Assembly (NCBI RefSeq): GCF_004010195.1
Contig: NC_057718.1
Coordinates: 93,398,561 to 93,462,560 of the forward strand
Length of the DNA: 64,000 bases
DNA from: Chiloscyllium plagiosum
Taxonomy: Eukaryota
Direction: 5' to 3'
This document shows, in pieces, positions 61,852 through 64,000 of the stretch. Below the pieces are notes generated by a model. The model worked only from the letters and a program-made list of their open reading frames with translations, was not told the DNA's origin and searched no databases. Both the position numbers and the translations under genes were made by a program. Positions within the stretch are counted from its first letter, which is position 1. Every line of letters starts with the position of its first letter.

Positions 61852-63598
61852 TGTGATTGGGACCAACTGGATCTTGTTGACTATGAGATCCTTGATTGGG
61901 GTTGTTAACCTCGGCCTATCAGGAAAGCCCTGGCTGACCAACAAAACCAGGAGATAGGATCTCCTCAGTTGAGGAGATTTAGAATCTCAAAAAAAAAATA
62001 TAAAACCAGGAGAGAGGTGGGCACCAGGGGGCATGGAGTGTTTTATTTCCCCCTCAGACTCTATTTTGATTTAATTCCTGCCCTCCCCTTTCACTTTTTG
62101 ATCACGTAGCATTGCTCTTTGTTGAGAAGGGCACTGCTTGTCACTGGCCACTTGGGTGTTTCCTTTCTTCCTGGTGGTGAAATATAAATAACAATTTATA
62201 CACTTATTGTTTTTCACTGTGACCGACACCAGCACACACTCAACATGGTTGCTGGGGAGAAAATAAGCGCTACTGCTGATAGGCGGCTGTGTGGGGAAGA
62301 AGAATCCCCTCAATCTTGGGGGACTGACTCTGAGCTGGCTGGCCACAGAGCCAGTGTGTTACTGCTGCTGTTGATTTCTGCTGAGGAGGAAAGTTTTCCT
62401 TTCTTTCCCCTTTTGATTTTTGGTTTTTCCTTGTTTTTTTGGTGTTTGTTTTTCTGGTTTCGTTCCTTGTCTCCTTTAATTTAGAAAAAAATACAACCAG
62501 GAGAGAGAACCTCCACAGTTGAGAAAGGAAATAAAAATAGCCAGGAGATTTAGAATCTTAAAAAAAGAAAAAAAATGTTTAACCAGGAGAGAAGCGAGCA
62601 CCAGAGGGCATGGAGTGTTTTATTTCCCCCTCGGATTCTATTTTGATTAAACCCCTGCCCTCCCCTTTCACTTTTTCGATCACGTAGACATTACCCCTAA
62701 GGGCACTGCTCGTCACTGGCCATTTTTGTTCTTCCTGGTGATGGGAATGAATAAAGTTTTCTGCACCCATTGTTTCTTCACTGTGTCCTACACCTACATG
62801 TACATGACATGGATGCTGGGGGTCGGATATATGCACTGCTTGGCGGTAGTTTGGGGGATTATAAAAGACAAACCAGGAGATGAAAATCTCCTCAGTTCAG
62901 GAAAAAAATTAAAAATATAAGCAGGAGATTTTTAGAATGTCCTCAGTTGTGAAAGAAAAAAAATAACCAGGAGATTTAGTATCTCAAAAAAAATGTATAA
63001 CCAGGAGAGAAGTGGGCATCGGGGGCATGGAGTGCTTTGTTTCTCCTGCTGACTCTATTTTGATTTAAGTCCTGCCCTCCTCTTCAATTTTTCATTCACA
63101 CAGGCTTTGTCCTTAAGAAAAGGGGCACTGCTTGTCACTGGCCATTTTGATGTTTTGGTGGAATGCGAATAACGTTTTCTGCATGCGATGTTTCTTCACT
63201 GTGTCCTACACCTACACGCACAACATGGATGCTGGGGAGAAAAAAAGGAAAAAAATAAAGAAAATATATAACTTGGGGAATTAGAATCTCCGCCAAAAAA
63301 TAAGAAAATATAACCAGGGGATTTAGAATCTCGTAGAGAAAAAAATATATAATCAGGAGATTAGAATCTCCACAAAATAAAAGCGAGAAAATATAACTAG
63401 GCGATTCAGAATCTCCTCGATTCAGGGACTGACTCTGAGCTAGCTGGCCACAGCCAAAAAAAGCTATTACCAGGAGATTTAGAATCTCCTCAGTGGAGGG
63501 GGTTGACTCTGAACTGGCTGGTCATAGCCAGTGTACTGTGCACAAGTAAATACAGGATGACTTGGTGATGGGATACCGGCCGCTGTGCAGTTATTTCA
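61852..63598 (+). mobile_element. Solo LTR, internally expanded
   Basis: TG...CA ends, 5-bp TSD ggtgt (61847-61851, 63599-63603), 3' end homologous to 13818-13895. Confidence 0.7.
61944..63495 (+). repeat. About 15 copies of ataaccaggagatttagaatctc, mostly A-tract-preceded, plus three copies of a ~230-290-nt module
   Basis: Direct inspection; modules at ~62011-62296, 62588-62857, 63006-63237. Confidence 0.85.
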
Positions 63599-64000
63599 GG
63601 TGTTAATGTGTGTGATTTGTAAAAAAAATTGAGAATTTTAAAGTCAAGATATTTCTTGAAGTTGAGGCACTATTCATCATTGAGCACAACACTGCTTGAT
63701 GCAAGTTAAGACATGGGCCACAGAGTTTTGAAATGGCCTTAAGTTTAAGGAAAGTGGAATGTGGGAGATCAACCACATTAGTGTTATAACAAAAACATCA
63801 AGTAGGTTTCCAAAAGCAAATGAACTGAGGTAAGGCTAGAGGTGGGTGGTGGTGTTATTTATGCAGAATTAGACAGGGAAATTAGCTCTGCATGTGTTCT
63901 TTCCATAATAATCTTTAACCAACTATTGTAAACTGGATAATATCTGACAGTGATGGATTCAAATTGTTCTAATCCATTGCCCAGAATTAGACCCAGTGTT

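Larger units (their letters stand above)
61625..63900 (-). mobile_element. Old L2-like LINE remnant (tail probably at ~59040-59155) hosting the solo LTR
   Basis: L2-like reverse sequence on both sides of the LTR (tttagggaggatattccag..., gagaattttaaagtcaag..., agttaagacatgggccacagagttttg). Confidence 0.5.

Overview
Eukaryotic, repeat-saturated, apparently non-genic (intergenic or deep intronic) DNA with several N gaps. The repeat landscape points to a cartilaginous fish (shark/ray; inference): HE1-like V-SINEs with CR1 partner LINEs, Deu-domain SINEs, L2-like and Rex1/Babar LINEs, and Penelope-like elements (PLEs). I found no convincing host protein-coding exon, no RNA gene and no CRISPR array. 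Nearly all long ORFs come from retroelements, a minisatellite or N gaps. The most notable structure is: (1) many PLE ends, from at least four sequence families, each carrying a minimal hammerhead ribozyme motif (CUGANGA-N-stemII-GAAA-NN-UH) with family-specific compensating stems, often as short fold-back insertions with long target duplications; (2) a solo LTR (61852-63598) expanded by about 15 A-tract-preceded copies of one of its own internal sites plus three copies of an unidentified ~270-nt module, which resembles serial site-specific retro-insertion; (3) a 32-bp minisatellite expanded inside a Tigger-like MITE; (4) a 5'-inverted CR1; (5) a fossil Ty3/gypsy gag-protease missed by the ORF track. 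All family names come from recognition by eye, and boundaries are approximate.
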